DNA of 63,590 bases, the filler included, from Octopus bimaculoides (taxonomy: Eukaryota), in assembly GCF_001194135.2 (NCBI RefSeq). It is 6 parts of 6 records of this genome, joined end to end, with 100 filler letters (N's around TTAATTAATTAA, not from the genome) between each part and the next. Parts side by side here need not be neighbours in the genome. Positions count along the whole stretch, not along the records: positions 1 to 20,104 come from NC_069002.1; positions 20,205 to 30,310 come from NC_068998.1; 4 more parts are not named here. One strand, written 5' to 3'. The notes beneath the pieces are model-generated. The model saw only the letters and a list, made by a program, of their open reading frames with translations, searched no databases and had not been told where the DNA came from. Both the position numbers and the translations under genes were made by a program. Shown piece by piece: positions 11,318-23,324 of the stretch; within the stretch, counting starts at the first letter, position 1, and the number at the start of each line of letters is the position of its first letter.

Positions 11318-11589
11318 GTAAGGACGGACATTTCTCTTCGGCACTTTGTTATTATTTTTATTATTGCTGTTGTTGTTGGTTTCGCAGATTAGACCCTCCA
11401 CGCCCCCTGGTCTCCCCTCCACGCCACCCCCGGTTTCCCCTCCCCGTCACCCCCGGTTTCCCCTCCCCGTCCCCGGTGTTAGTTATCCGATTAAAACCCC
11501 TTCAAATTCTGTTATGATTTTCATTGACAACTGTTAAATAGAAAACGTCACCCTCCAATACCTAACTGGTACCATTTTAATCCACCCTC

Positions 11590-11700
11590 GGAAAAAATGT
11601 AAAGGAAGTTGTCCTCGGCAGGATTTGAACTCAGAACGTAAAGAACCATAGCAGACTATTTTGCACGACGCTCTATTAATTCTGCCATTTCATCGTCTTC
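11590..11700 (-). mobile_element. SINE family B, partial
   Basis: GGCAGGATTTGAACTCAGAACGTA is the reverse complement of the family B B-box region. Confidence 0.7.
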
Positions 11701-12139
11701 ACATCATTTATGTCTCTAATACTTTCGGGAGAGGAAAATGCATGAACGTCTCACCAATTCTTTTCTTTCTTGTTTCCCTATCAACTTAGAGCTTTTGCCC
11801 TTTTCGAGTCCCCTCCTTGCCATCGTTAATGTTCAAACCCCACCAGGGTCTCGACTTCGCATTCCTCGGATAAAATAAGGCCCACAGCAACTTTTGTGGG
11901 GTCTCTAACTAAGCCTTACTTTCATTTTTTTATAGTATTCCTGCTTCATACAATAGGAATTACAATTCTGAGAGAATTTTGTTTTCCCAAATATTTGAAT
12001 TTAAAAAAATGCTCTCCTCCCACCTCCGATATCCTTTTCCTTCCCCATGCGGTAGTGACAGCTGTTCCCAAAACTCCATCCTTTCATCCTCCTGGGGCTG
12101 ATTAAACAGAGTAAGTATTGGGACCAATATAATCAATAA

Positions 12140-12345
12140 TAATATGCCAGAATCGTTAGCGCGTCGGACGAAAAACTTAGTGGTATTTTTTTCGACACTT
12201 TACGAGTTCAAATCCTGCCGAAATTGATTTTTACCTTTCATCCTTTCGTGGTCGATAAAATAAAGTAACAGTCAAGTATGGGAATTGATGTAATCAACTA
12301 ACCCCAACCCTTCAAAATTACTGGCCTTGTGCCAAAATGCTATTA
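12140..12345 (+). mobile_element. SINE family B
   Basis: GCCAGAATCGTTAGC...GAGTTCAAATCC...CCTTTCATCCTTTCGTGGTCGATAAAATAAAGTA...GGCCTTGTGCC. Confidence 0.85.
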
Positions 12346-12934
12346 TTGGTATTGGTAATCACCAGAAATGTAAGAGATACAGTTCTTGAACTGGATCTCA
12401 TGACATAATTTTTTTTCTTTCTATGACCCTCTGTTGTTGAAAACCACTTAATAAGTGTCGTTCTTTTAATCTAACACACACACTGAAATGTCATGGACGT
12501 CACCATCATCCCATTTTACTAAATAATTCTAAAGTTATATAGTTTAAGTTAGTTATATATATATGTAGTCTATAAAGAAATAAATATATGTGTACATGTG
12601 TTGTTCATCTTCGGGAATGTCTTGTCCATATTTCCTTTCCTTCCCAAATAAATCTGTTTCTGTCAACATTGTCCCCAGAGGCAGGGCGGGTGTCTTTGAC
12701 TGGTTTCTGTTGTTTCGTGTTTAGTCTTGTTCTCTGACCCCCAGATCAGCTGTCACTGAGCAAACTCTATTATGACCATAGGCGTTCCAGGCGTGATCAA
12801 CTCGTCTTTTGTTCAGACATTGTATTGGGGAGTTAGATTTGGCTACTATTTCTTGATCGAACGTACGATCGCGTGGAAGTTCTCTTGGCTCGAAATGTTG
12901 TATATCTGCGTATTGTTTGTATATTTGATAGTTC

Positions 12935-13140
12935 TGTTTTAGCCCCAGGCTAGCTTCGATTGAGTAGACCCATGGTCAAAGACGTTCCAGTCATGGTCAT
13001 CCCACTTTGTATTCAGATATAGTATATCGACGACTATATTATTATCCATTCCGATCTGTCCTTTTCTAAAGATGGTAGGATGCGATATAAAAAAAAAAGA
13101 TATAGTTGCTATTTCTAGCGGGATAGGTAACCACGTAGGG
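12935..13140 (+). repeat. Dispersed repeat family D (unclassified)
   Basis: TTAGCCCCAGG...ATGGTCAAAGACGTTCCAGTCATGGTCATCCC...GTTGCTATTTCTAGC. Related pieces near 9050-9220, 9650-9780, 12730-12890, 16540-16710, 42940-43060, 51630-51830 and 58430-58560. Confidence 0.7.
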
Positions 13141-13381
13141 ACTTTCCTTCATTGATTCGTCGATGTGTTTGTATGTTTACTCAGATTCTGCTGTTAGTAT
13201 GGTCGTGTTGACTCGTGTGTGGATGTTTTGTGTGTATATATGTGCACCCATCTTTAATTTACCTTGCTCACAGCCCCTTTTACCATCATAAGTTTATGTC
13301 CCTCTGTACCACTGGTGCTGTGTCAACATTGTCCCTAAAGACAGGGCGGGTGTCTCTTGTATTTTAATTAGTTTCTGTCAG

Positions 13382-13418
<37 letters not shown>

Positions 13419-14849
13419 CGAGCGTGACTATGTTTGTGCTGTTTGCCATCTGTGAGATGTGTGCGTGCGTTTCGGTGTCTGGGTGATTGCAGTCCCTATG
13501 TATACAATTATGTGTTTTCCTACAGCATTAGGGTATTTTAGCTCTTATTTCTAGCAATGTAGATGTCCTGACACCCTTAGTCGTATTTAATGACAATTAT
13601 ATTTTTCCTTTATGGAAACGCATTGCCTATGGCTGTTTATATATATATATATATATAATTGAGCATATATATATATATAATTGCGTGTGTATGTATACAA
13701 ATACACACGATTGCTTGTGTGCGTGTATATATATGTGAAAGACAAGAGATATGGTCGTCGCTAAGCATACATGTATCAAGCTACGATACTGTTGTTTATA
13801 TATATATATCAACCTATTTATAAAACTCGTAAATTTTACTCTCAGACATGAATTCAAACACTACCTTTAAGCTAATTACATTACACACACACACTTCGAT
13901 TTGCAGAAACTCGTCGCGGTTGATTTATCCTTACAGAATCAAACACAAGACATAATCACACGTTCACATACCAATACAAAAACCACACTTACACACACAC
14001 ACACACACAACCCCTACTTAAAGCGAATCGCACATTATTAGTACAGTGGGATGCCAAACTTAATCATACTCGATCAAACATTTGTCATGCACATAGCCAA
14101 ACAATTAGGTCATACATTTATAAAACAGGCAGACAAGATACACAGCCTAGACTGATATTCGTGTCTAGAAGACATGGAGAATATATACCGGTACACACAC
14201 ACACACTTATATACCCAGTGATAGACTTCTCCTCCTCATATTTATGAGTGCATGAATATATAAATGTGCAGACTACACAGATACATACATACATACATAC
14301 ATATATATATATATATANNNNNNNNNNNNNNNNNNNNNNNNNNNNNNNNNNNNNNNNNNNNNNNNNNNNNNNNNNNNNNNNNNNNNNNNNNNNNNNNNNN
14401 NNNNNNNNNNNNNNNNNNNNNNNNNNNNNNNNNNNNNNNNNNNNNNNNNNNNNNNNNNNNNNNNNNNNNNNNNNNNNNNNNNNNNNNNNNNNNNNNNNNN
14501 NNNNNNNNNNNNNNNNNNNNNNNNNNNNNNNNNNNNNNNNNNNNNNNNNNNNNNNNNNNNNNNNNNNNNNNNNNNNNNNNNNNNNNNNNNNNNNNNNNNN
14601 NNNNNNNNNNNNNNNNNNNNNNNNNNNNNNNNNNNNNNNNNNNNNNNNNNNNNNNNNNNNNNNNNNNNNNNNNNNNNNNNNNNNNNNNNNNNNNNNNNNN
14701 NNNNNNNNNNNNNNNNNNNNNNNNNNNNNNNNNNNNNNNNNNNNNNNNNNNNNNNNNNNNNNNNNNNNNNNNNNNNNNNNNNNNNNNNNNNNNNNNNNNN
14801 NNNNNNNNNNNNNNNNNNNNNNNNNNNNNNNNNNNNNNNNNNNNNNNNN

Positions 14850-14883
<34 letters not shown>

Positions 14884-16032
14884 CGCGCGTATATACATGT
14901 GTGTGCATGTATACACACACACACACAGACACACACAAAAGAGTAAATCATATTACACACCCAAAATATAATCGGAAACTCCAGAATGGTCACACTAACA
15001 CACAGTCACCAGATGACATCACACTTATTAACAATAATAACAGAGAAACCCACCCTACAAATAACGCGCGCGCGCACACAAACGCGCACGCACAGGCATT
15101 ATTATTTTATTTATTTATTTAGCCCAGGGGAAGGAGAGCCGGGCCCATCGCTTTCGCATGCTCCCTCCCCTCCCGGGACATGCGATATAACCACTCGTAT
15201 TCGTTGTGTAGATTGAGCACACACACAGGCGTTCACCCACACTCCCCAATGCACTCTAGTTAAACAAACACTCCCAGTAGTCAAATACTATCACACGTAC
15301 ACGCAAACAATTATACGGGCGCTAGTCAAACACTGTTACATACACATTAGTCAAATGCTATCACATGTACACAAACGCTATTACACACACACACACACGC
15401 GTACACACTACTGAAACACACAGTCACATGTAAACCCCAAACAAAATCAAACGCGCTATTCACCACCACCACCACCACCACAAGTCAGACATAATACCAC
15501 TCTCGCCCAAATACTATCTCACGTAGTTGTCACACTCACAGTTGTAAACATAATCACATACTCATGAATGATGCACACACACAAACACACAGTCATGAAT
15601 GACACACGCATACAGTCATAAATGACAGTCAACAATGCCAACACACACACACACACACATACTTTATGCACACACAAACACACACGCACTTTACTATACA
15701 CTTCTTATTTACTTACAAAGTTTATGTCGAATCAATGAGGCAGCCTCTACATGTTCATTTATTTTGCTCGAAATAGCAACCAAATCTCCCCCAGTTCACA
15801 TCCTACTGATAAGACATATATTGTTGTTTTAACAGATTCAAAAACAAAAACAAAAAAATAGGATAGTCGCGGTTGGAATATCTTTAATCAAGGTTTTCTT
15901 CCCCCCCCCCCCCTCTTACTCTGTTGTACTTCCATTCATACCCAGAATACATTACAAGAATATAAAACGATCGTGAATACTTAACTGGTATTTTATTTTC
16001 ATCGACCTCAGAAAAAAAAACAAAAAAAAAAA

Positions 16033-16135
16033 AAGGTGAAGTTGACCTCAGCGGGATTTGAACTCAGAACACAAAGGGCCATAACTCTAAATACTGCCAG
16101 ATATTTTGTCCGATGCTCTTACGATTCCCCCAGTT
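16033..16135 (-). mobile_element. SINE family B, partial
   Basis: AAAGGTGAAGTTGACCTCAGCGGGATTTGAACTCAGAAC. Confidence 0.75.
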
Positions 16136-17054
16136 CACCTCTTTCATGGCTAAAGAATACAAAGCGACTAAAACCAAATTCGTGTTTCTTGAGTGCAATA
16201 ATTGTTAGGTGCCATTATTTTTTTTAATAGCATTTGGACCCCGAAAACCATGGTCGGTTGTTGGTGTTGTTATCGTTGTTGTTCTCCTGTGGTTTTCATA
16301 ATTCCACCCAACTCCCTCTCAATTTCCGTTTCCAATCATTTTCATCTCAGTGGGGCGGGAAGTGCGCTACCGAGTTTCACTTCTCAGTTGGAACCGCCTT
16401 GCTTCGCCTCACATCGCTTCATTTCACTTACGTTGCTTCTTTAATACTCATGGGAAACACTTCTTGGTTAACACTTCCCATACACCACCCACATCGGTTC
16501 CACGAAAGACTCGCAGACTTGTTGCTGTAGAAGGTGGTTGTTTAATCTCTGGTCAGTCCTGGTTGAGGAAACCTTTCCAGTAGTGCCCATCCTGTTATAT
16601 ATGTGACTGCATTGTTAAATGCGTTTTCTTTTTAAGTCTGTAGGCCGTGGTGATTTCATGAGATTTTGTTGTTATTTCTTGCAAGGCGAACGACTGCGTA
16701 AGAGACTCCATCCTTAACTCGTAGAGGCGGTGGTTGACATCAGAATCGGGGCATGTTGACAGAATCGATAGAGCAGTATTTATCCCGGCTCTTTACGTTT
16801 TCGGTTCAATTCCTACGAGGGTCAACTTTCTATTTCAAACTTTCGGGGTCCTACATATATATAAAGGAGTCAACAGTGTTGACTGGCCTTGTGTCCAAAT
16901 TAGAATCATTATTAAAGGTGAAGGTGGGAAAAGAAGTGCTGCCCTTCCTGTGAATTTCGTAAAAGGTGCCTGTCAGGCCAGAAAGTAAATACTCTCGAAT
17001 TATTCTTGTAGACCAGAGAACACTGTTGGGAAAGTACACCTACTCTTGGTAGGT

Positions 17055-17455
17055 GTATTTACGAAGCCCAGTATACCCATCATAATTATCTGTCTGCTAA
17101 GGGGACACCAGACACATGCATCACAACCATATGTGCGCGACATGGCGATCTCATATCAAGATAAACAGCGCATGACCTGTTAGAATTTTCGTCAGGTCGA
17201 GTAGCCCATTCTGCTCAAAAGGTCCCTGAATAAGGGTTATTTAAGGATGTTGGACGAAAGGATGTTTCCAGAGGTGAATTATCCAAATCCCAGAGAATTC
17301 CTTTCAACACACGGCTATGATGCTCCCCCACTACTTCTGCTCGTGATCAGAGATGCACGTATCGTCAGCCACTAAGGGACATGCTCAACTAGTTAAGGTC
17401 AAACAACTGACAAGAAAATCTGTGCTACTGAGCAGAATCTTTGCTGTAGCCCACC
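17055..17455. repeat. Probable interspersed repeat (unclassified), ending at an (ATT)n tract
   Basis: Non-coding 400-bp block that I recall as a recurrent octopus repeat; single copy here, so recall only. Confidence 0.45.
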
Positions 17456-17501
<46 letters not shown>

Positions 17502-18175
17502 GTTATTGTTATTGTTATTATTATTATTATTATTTATTATTATTTCTTGGATCAAACGTAGATCGAGACAGGGTGCTTAGCACCTGGACTGTCGCCGCGT
17601 TCNNNNNNNNNNNNNNNNNNNNNNNNNNNNNNNNNNNNNNNNNNNNNNNNNNNNNNNNNNNNNNNNNNNNNNNNNNNNNNNNNNNNNNNNNNNNNNNNNN
17701 NNNNNNNNNNNNNNNNNNNNNNNNNNNNNNNNNNNNNNNNNNNNNNNNNNNNNNNNNNNNNNNNNNNNNNNNNNNNNNNNNNNNNNNNNNNNNNNNNNNN
17801 NNNNNNNNNNNNNNNNNNNNNNNNNNNNNNNNNNNNNNNNNNNNNNNNNNNNNNNNNNNNNNNNNNNNNNNNNNNNNNNNNNNNNNNNNNNNNNNNNNNN
17901 NNNNNNNNNNNNNNNNNNNNNNNNNNNNNNNNNNNNNNNNNNNNNNNNNNNNNNNNNNNNNNNNNNNNNNNNNNNNNNNNNNNNNNNNNNNNNNNNNNNN
18001 NNNNNNNNNNNNNNNNNNNNNNNNNNNNNNNNNNNNNNNNNNNNNNNNNNNNNNNNNNNNNNNNNNNNNNNNNNNNNNNNNNNNNNNNNNNNNNNNNNNN
18101 NNNNNNNNNNNNNNNNNNNNNNNNNNNNNNNNNNNNNNNNNNNNNNNNNNNNNNNNNNNNNNNNNNNNNNNNNNN

Positions 18176-18470
18176 AAAACACCTAAAGCTTCGCCAGGCT
18201 CCGGCAGGGGATGGTGGCGAACCCTGCTGTACTCTTTCACCACAACTTTCTCTCACTCTTACTTCCTGTTTCTGTTGAGCCTGTATTTCAAAGGGTCAGC
18301 TTTGTCACACACTGTGTCACGCTGAATATCCCCGAGACCTACGTTAAGGGTACACGTGTCCGTGGAGTGCTCAGCCACTTGCACGTTAATTTCACGAGCA
18401 GGCTGTTCTGTTGATTGGATCGACTGGAACACTCGACGTCGTAGGCGACGGAGTGCCAACAAACAAACAC
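18176..18470 (+). mobile_element. SINE family C body and tail (head lost in N gap)
   Basis: AAAACACCTAAAGCT...GGGGATGGTGGCGAACCCTGCTG...TTGTCACAC, complementary to 2092-2240. Confidence 0.8.
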
Positions 18471-19432
18471 GTTGAAAGGTGGGTGAAAGTGGCGAGAATG
18501 GTCTGTACGAATGGGTTTACTCTGATCATGGCCTGTAGGCCGAAGGAGAATTTTATTGTTAATAGTTATTGTTTTATTGTTTACACGTGTTTTGTGTAAA
18601 ATGACACTGTCCGCTGTTTTATATCGTCCTTTTATTTTATGTGCAGCCTTTGTGGCCAGCAGAGAAAGAATTATTGTTGTTGTCATCGTCGTGGAATGTC
18701 AGAATGTTTAGTTGAACTGAATATTCTCAGTGTAGTTCGTTCACTTTGCACTCTCAATTCAAATTCTGTCATGCATTTCACCCTTTTGTGGAAGACGAAA
18801 TACTAAATAGTACGATAAACAACAAGTACAATGGGGCAGGTCGTTAACTCATTTATGCTCCTCTCCCCTCCAAATTTTCTTGTACTGGGTCCATTTTACA
18901 AAGCGTTCTGGGTTCAAATGACACTGAACTCAATTACACTTTTCATATTGTCCAGCGACTATCAAATACGTATCAATCAACTACTGGATCGATATAATCG
19001 AGCATACCTAGTGGTGTAGCATGGGCGAGGCCACAAGTGTGGTTGTCCTAGGTGCAAAATTTCATTAAAAAAAGTAGTAATTATAAATAAGATAATAAAT
19101 AAAAAAAAATAGCGGGCCTTCGCGCAATCTTAGCCCTACCCCCGGTCATTGATAACCTATTCTAATGCGACTGAGAATATCTTAACTCCTAATTTGTAAG
19201 ATTGATCAGTGTTGCTTTCAAGTAACATTTCTTGAAAGGTGGTCGAGAATGGCAAGCGTTGTCCAAATGAATCGATCCATTTCTGAGTATACAAGTTTGA
19301 GAAAACTCTTGACCCTAGACAATAAAAGTAATTCGGTATTTGTAGGGTCCCTTAATTTTTTCATATACTCACTTCTATCTATCTTTCCACTGGTTTTGTA
19401 ATCTATTCATATAATGTCTCCCATTAACATTA

Positions 19433-19865
19433 AAGCGGCGAGCTGGCAGAATTGTTAGAACGCCCGCCGAAATGCTTAGCGGTATTTCGTCTAGCGTTAC
19501 GTTCTGAGTTCAAATTCCACCGAGGTCGACTTTGCCTTTCATCCTTTCGGGGTCAATAAATTAAGTACCAGTTATGCACTGGCGTCGATGTAATCGACTT
19601 AATCCATTTGTCTGTCCTTGTTTGTCCCCTCTATGTTTAGCCCCTTGTGGGCAATGAAGAAATAAGAATCGTTCGAACGCCGGGCAAAATGCTTAGTAGC
19701 ATTTCGTCCGTCTTCACATTCTGAGTTCAAATTCCGCCGAGGTCGTCTTTGCCTTTCATCCTTTGGGGGTCGATAAATTAAGTACCAGTGAAGCACTGAC
19801 TGGGGTTGATGCAATCAACTAGTCCCCTCCCCCAAAATTTCAGGCCTTGTGCCTATAGTAGAAAG
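19433..19865 (+). mobile_element. Two tandem SINE family B copies with different tails
   Basis: Copy 1 (19433-19655) ends ...TTTAGCCCCTTGTGGGCAATGAAGAAATAA. Copy 2 (about 19660-19865) ends ...CAGGCCTTGTGCCTATAGTAGAAAGGATT. Confidence 0.88.
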
Positions 19866-20104
19866 GATTGTTATTATTATTATTATCTGCTGTGTTTTAG
19901 TGGATGGTCTTTATGGCTTGAATGGTTGTTCAAGGTCACATTTTATCATTTCCACTTGAAAGTACTCCATTCACCTCGACCCCTTACAGAAAACAGGGCT
20001 CGCTTAATGTTGAAAAGGGAGTTTTTCCAATACAAAAAAAGGGCCTTTTTTCTCTCTCGCGCAAAAAAGATTTTTTTCATTTCCCTAACTCCCACCTCCC
20101 TCTC

Positions 20105-20204
20105 NNNNNNNNNNNNNNNNNNNNNNNNNNNNNNNNNNNNNNNNNNNNTTAATTAATTAANNNNNNNNNNNNNNNNNNNNNNNNNNNNNNNNNNNNNNNN
20201 NNNN
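20105..20204. other. Artificial scaffold linker (44N-TTAATTAATTAA-44N)
   Basis: Exactly 100 bp; the 12-mer puts stops in all six frames. Identical at 30311, 46424, 59760 and 62342. Confidence 0.95.
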
Positions 20205-20348
20205 GAAGGACTTCAGTTTGAACAATTTTCATGATGTTTCATATTTAGATGCTTTTTATTAAATTCATTCAGTTGTTAAACATGAATAAATAAATCTTGG
20301 AATTAAATGGTTTTGATTTACTGTCAGGTGACTTTTGGCCAACCCTGT
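20205..20348 (-). mobile_element. Tc1/mariner-type terminal fragment
   Basis: Ends GTCAGGTGACTTTTGGCCAACCCTG|TA (reverse complement CAGGGTTGGCCAAAAGTCACC), at a TA within a TA/CA tract. Confidence 0.6.
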
Positions 20349-20354
20349 ATATAT

Positions 20355-20408
<54 letters not shown>

Positions 20409-20949
20409 GCATGTACTGGACTTAAAAACAGCTTTAATAATGTATAATATGCCATGTATCCGCAAACAATCTTTCAGGCTCAGTGCATAACGATAAACAT
20501 TATTTGAAAACCAGGACGCTGGTTTATGAGAAAAAAGAACACCCCCACCACACACACACACGTGTGTATTTGTGTTTACGTGTATGTTTGTGTTTTTTGT
20601 TTTGTGTCTGAATGTATAAGTGTGTATGTGTTTTCGTCTGACGGCTTATTTCCTCGTTACGTCTTAAAAGAAAAATAATCTCTAATCACTTCCTCCGTTG
20701 ATTATTATTATTTTCTTTTTTTTTTTATCCTTCGAAAAATCGCATCTCGCACCCCGATTGGAACTTATCCATCCAACCTACCCTATGAATCGTTAATACA
20801 CGTCAGTAATCCAACCAATAGTCATTCAAACGTACTCAACATACATAAATATATACACACGTAGACATACATATGAAAATATCTACACCCATTTACATCA
20901 CAAACACACACTTTACGAGGCCCACACAAACACACAGATTTGCCTCGCT

Positions 20950-20952
20950 ATC

Positions 20953-20998
<46 letters not shown>

Positions 20999-21081
20999 GT
21001 AATAGTAATAGTAATAATAAATAATAATAATAGTAATAATAATAATAACTATAATAATAACAATAATAATAATAATAATAA

Positions 21082-21171
<90 letters not shown>

Positions 21172-21187
21172 TAATAATAATAATAAA
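20950..21187. repeat. (AAT)n microsatellite
   Basis: Read directly. Confidence 0.95.
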
Positions 21188-21223
21188 TTATATGTTTTTA
21201 GAATGGTTTTCCTGCCAAAATCT

Positions 21224-21350
21224 TTAAAATCTTTCCTCTGCCAATGCTGGGACCCGCTCTCTATCCTTGGACACACTGCACTGCATCTTATCTGGCTTCG
21301 ATGATGCCAATACGCGCGCATATCTCTCTGGATCATCTCCAAAAATAATA
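21224..21350 (-). CDS. Weak candidate terminal exon
   Basis: AAACATTTAG| then IIFGDDPERYARVLASSKPDKMQCSVSKDRERVPALAEERF*. Unique, relatively GC-rich island between simple repeats. Confidence 0.25.
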
Positions 21351-21647
21351 CTAAATGTTTATTGTTGTTGTTGTTGTTGTAGTTTTTTTGTTTTTTTCAG
21401 AAAATAATTTTGTTTATTCCAATTCAATAATGCTGTTAGTGATGATGACGAGGATGATGATGGCAATAATAAAAAAACAAAAATGATGATGATGATGATG
21501 GTGGTGGTGGTGTTGGTGGTGGTTTTGATGATGGTGATGGTCGTAATTGTGGTGGTGGTGATGATGATGATGTTGATAATGATGATGATGATGGTGATGA
21601 TGATGATATGTTAAGTTATGACTTCATATTCGTGAATTCAGAATTTA

Positions 21648-21685
<38 letters not shown>

Positions 21686-21749
21686 CATGTCTGTCTGTCT
21701 CTCGCTCCCTCTCTCTATCTATACAAACAAAACATGCATACACACACAA

Positions 21750-21803
<54 letters not shown>

Positions 21804-22062
21804 GAACTCGCACACGTACACACACGCACCTACAGCTGCACACCACGCATACACTCACACACACACGCACACACGCTCTTTCTCTCTCTCTCTCTCTCTC
21901 ACTCACACATATACACACACGTTGTTTTATTATCGTTTTTTACTGTATTGCTTGTCGATTCGTCATTGCACCGTTCCAGCAGCTTACGTATCAATTATTT
22001 CTATGAGAAGCGCTTACAGACCACATCTCTCAAACTTTCTCACAGTACAACGTAGCGAATTC

Positions 22063-22129
<67 letters not shown>

Positions 22130-22737
22130 GACAGATAGAGAGACAGAGAGAGAGAGAGAGAAGGTGGGTAGAAAGACAGACAGGTAAACAGAATGGCAGA
22201 CAAGCAAAGTGATCCATCAAAATTCTTTGGCAAGGAAAAGTGTTGTTGCTATGACAAAGGAAATTCTGTAGCTGTAATGTTTGAGGACGGATCTTCCGCC
22301 CTCAGGCTAAACCCTCATCATCTTCAAGTATCATTGGAGTGGAAGCCAAAGTTGGAAACGGAAATGCTACATGAGCCTGTAAATTTTACGACAAGGGTAA
22401 TTTTGACGAATTTGGGATGTTAAAGGAGAAGCGAACAACTGTGGCATGCTACAATAATATTTGTAGGCAAAACCATTCAGTGCTAGCGACTCAAATTCCG
22501 CACAGTCTGACGTAGATTCTACTATTTCAGACGCTGAAGTTCAATTGTCGCATCACTCCAGTATGTCATATGCTATGAGCTGTGGTAGCCCAGTGTGCGT
22601 CTATACTGGTGTTCCTAGCGTTCACCAATGCTAACGAGCAAGATGCACTCACAAATGACTCTACGTGCTCGGAGAAGTCTAGATATCCTGCCTCCGATGG
22701 GAAAATAGACGGCAACCAGCTTCTAAATACTCATCTT

Positions 22738-22911
22738 CAGGGCAATCTCAACAGCATTATGTATGGGTCCCTAGACAAATCAATGCATTGGGCTCTATAG
22801 TGTTTATTTATTGACAGCAAACCACAGCACACATAGATTTGAATTAGGTTCCCTAAGCCTGTGAGCTCTCTGGACAACTGCCCAATGTTCCTATGCCTTG
22901 AGACGACCCTG
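22738..22911. mobile_element. hAT-type MITE with imperfect TIRs and 8-bp TSD
   Basis: Ends CAGGGCAATCTCAA...TTGAGACGACCCTG; flanks CTCATCTT / CTTATCTT (7 of 8 match). Confidence 0.7.
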
Positions 22912-23181
22912 CTTATCTTAGGATCATCGACCTACCGTTGACCTCCTGAAAGATCGCCTTCATTTCCACACCTATGACTTTTTAAAATCTGTGTAGCTGG
23001 TTTCAACCTTTGGCACGAGGTCAGCAGTTGTGATATTAATAATTAATGATAATAATAATAGTGATAAGAATAGCAACAAGAATTATTATTATTATTGTTC
23101 AGTAGTTTTATTTTTATAGCGCGCTTTCACTTCACTACCGAGCGCAGCTCTGTGTGCCTTGGGTATGTGCTATTATTATTA

Positions 23182-23237
<56 letters not shown>

Positions 23238-23246
23238 GGAGTAGTG

Positions 23247-23324
<78 letters not shown>

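Noticed and set aside
16420-16510. Minus-strand exon candidate NKSASLSWNRCGWCMGSVNQEVFPMSIKEAT with a GTAAGT donor
   Set aside because: The acceptor side runs into a family D repeat and the peptide is unrecognisable; phase compatibility with the 7346 exon is a one-in-three chance.
20149-20160. TTAATTAATTAA as a biological motif (homeodomain site or piggyBac footprint)
   Set aside because: Always centred in exactly 44+44 N; synthetic.
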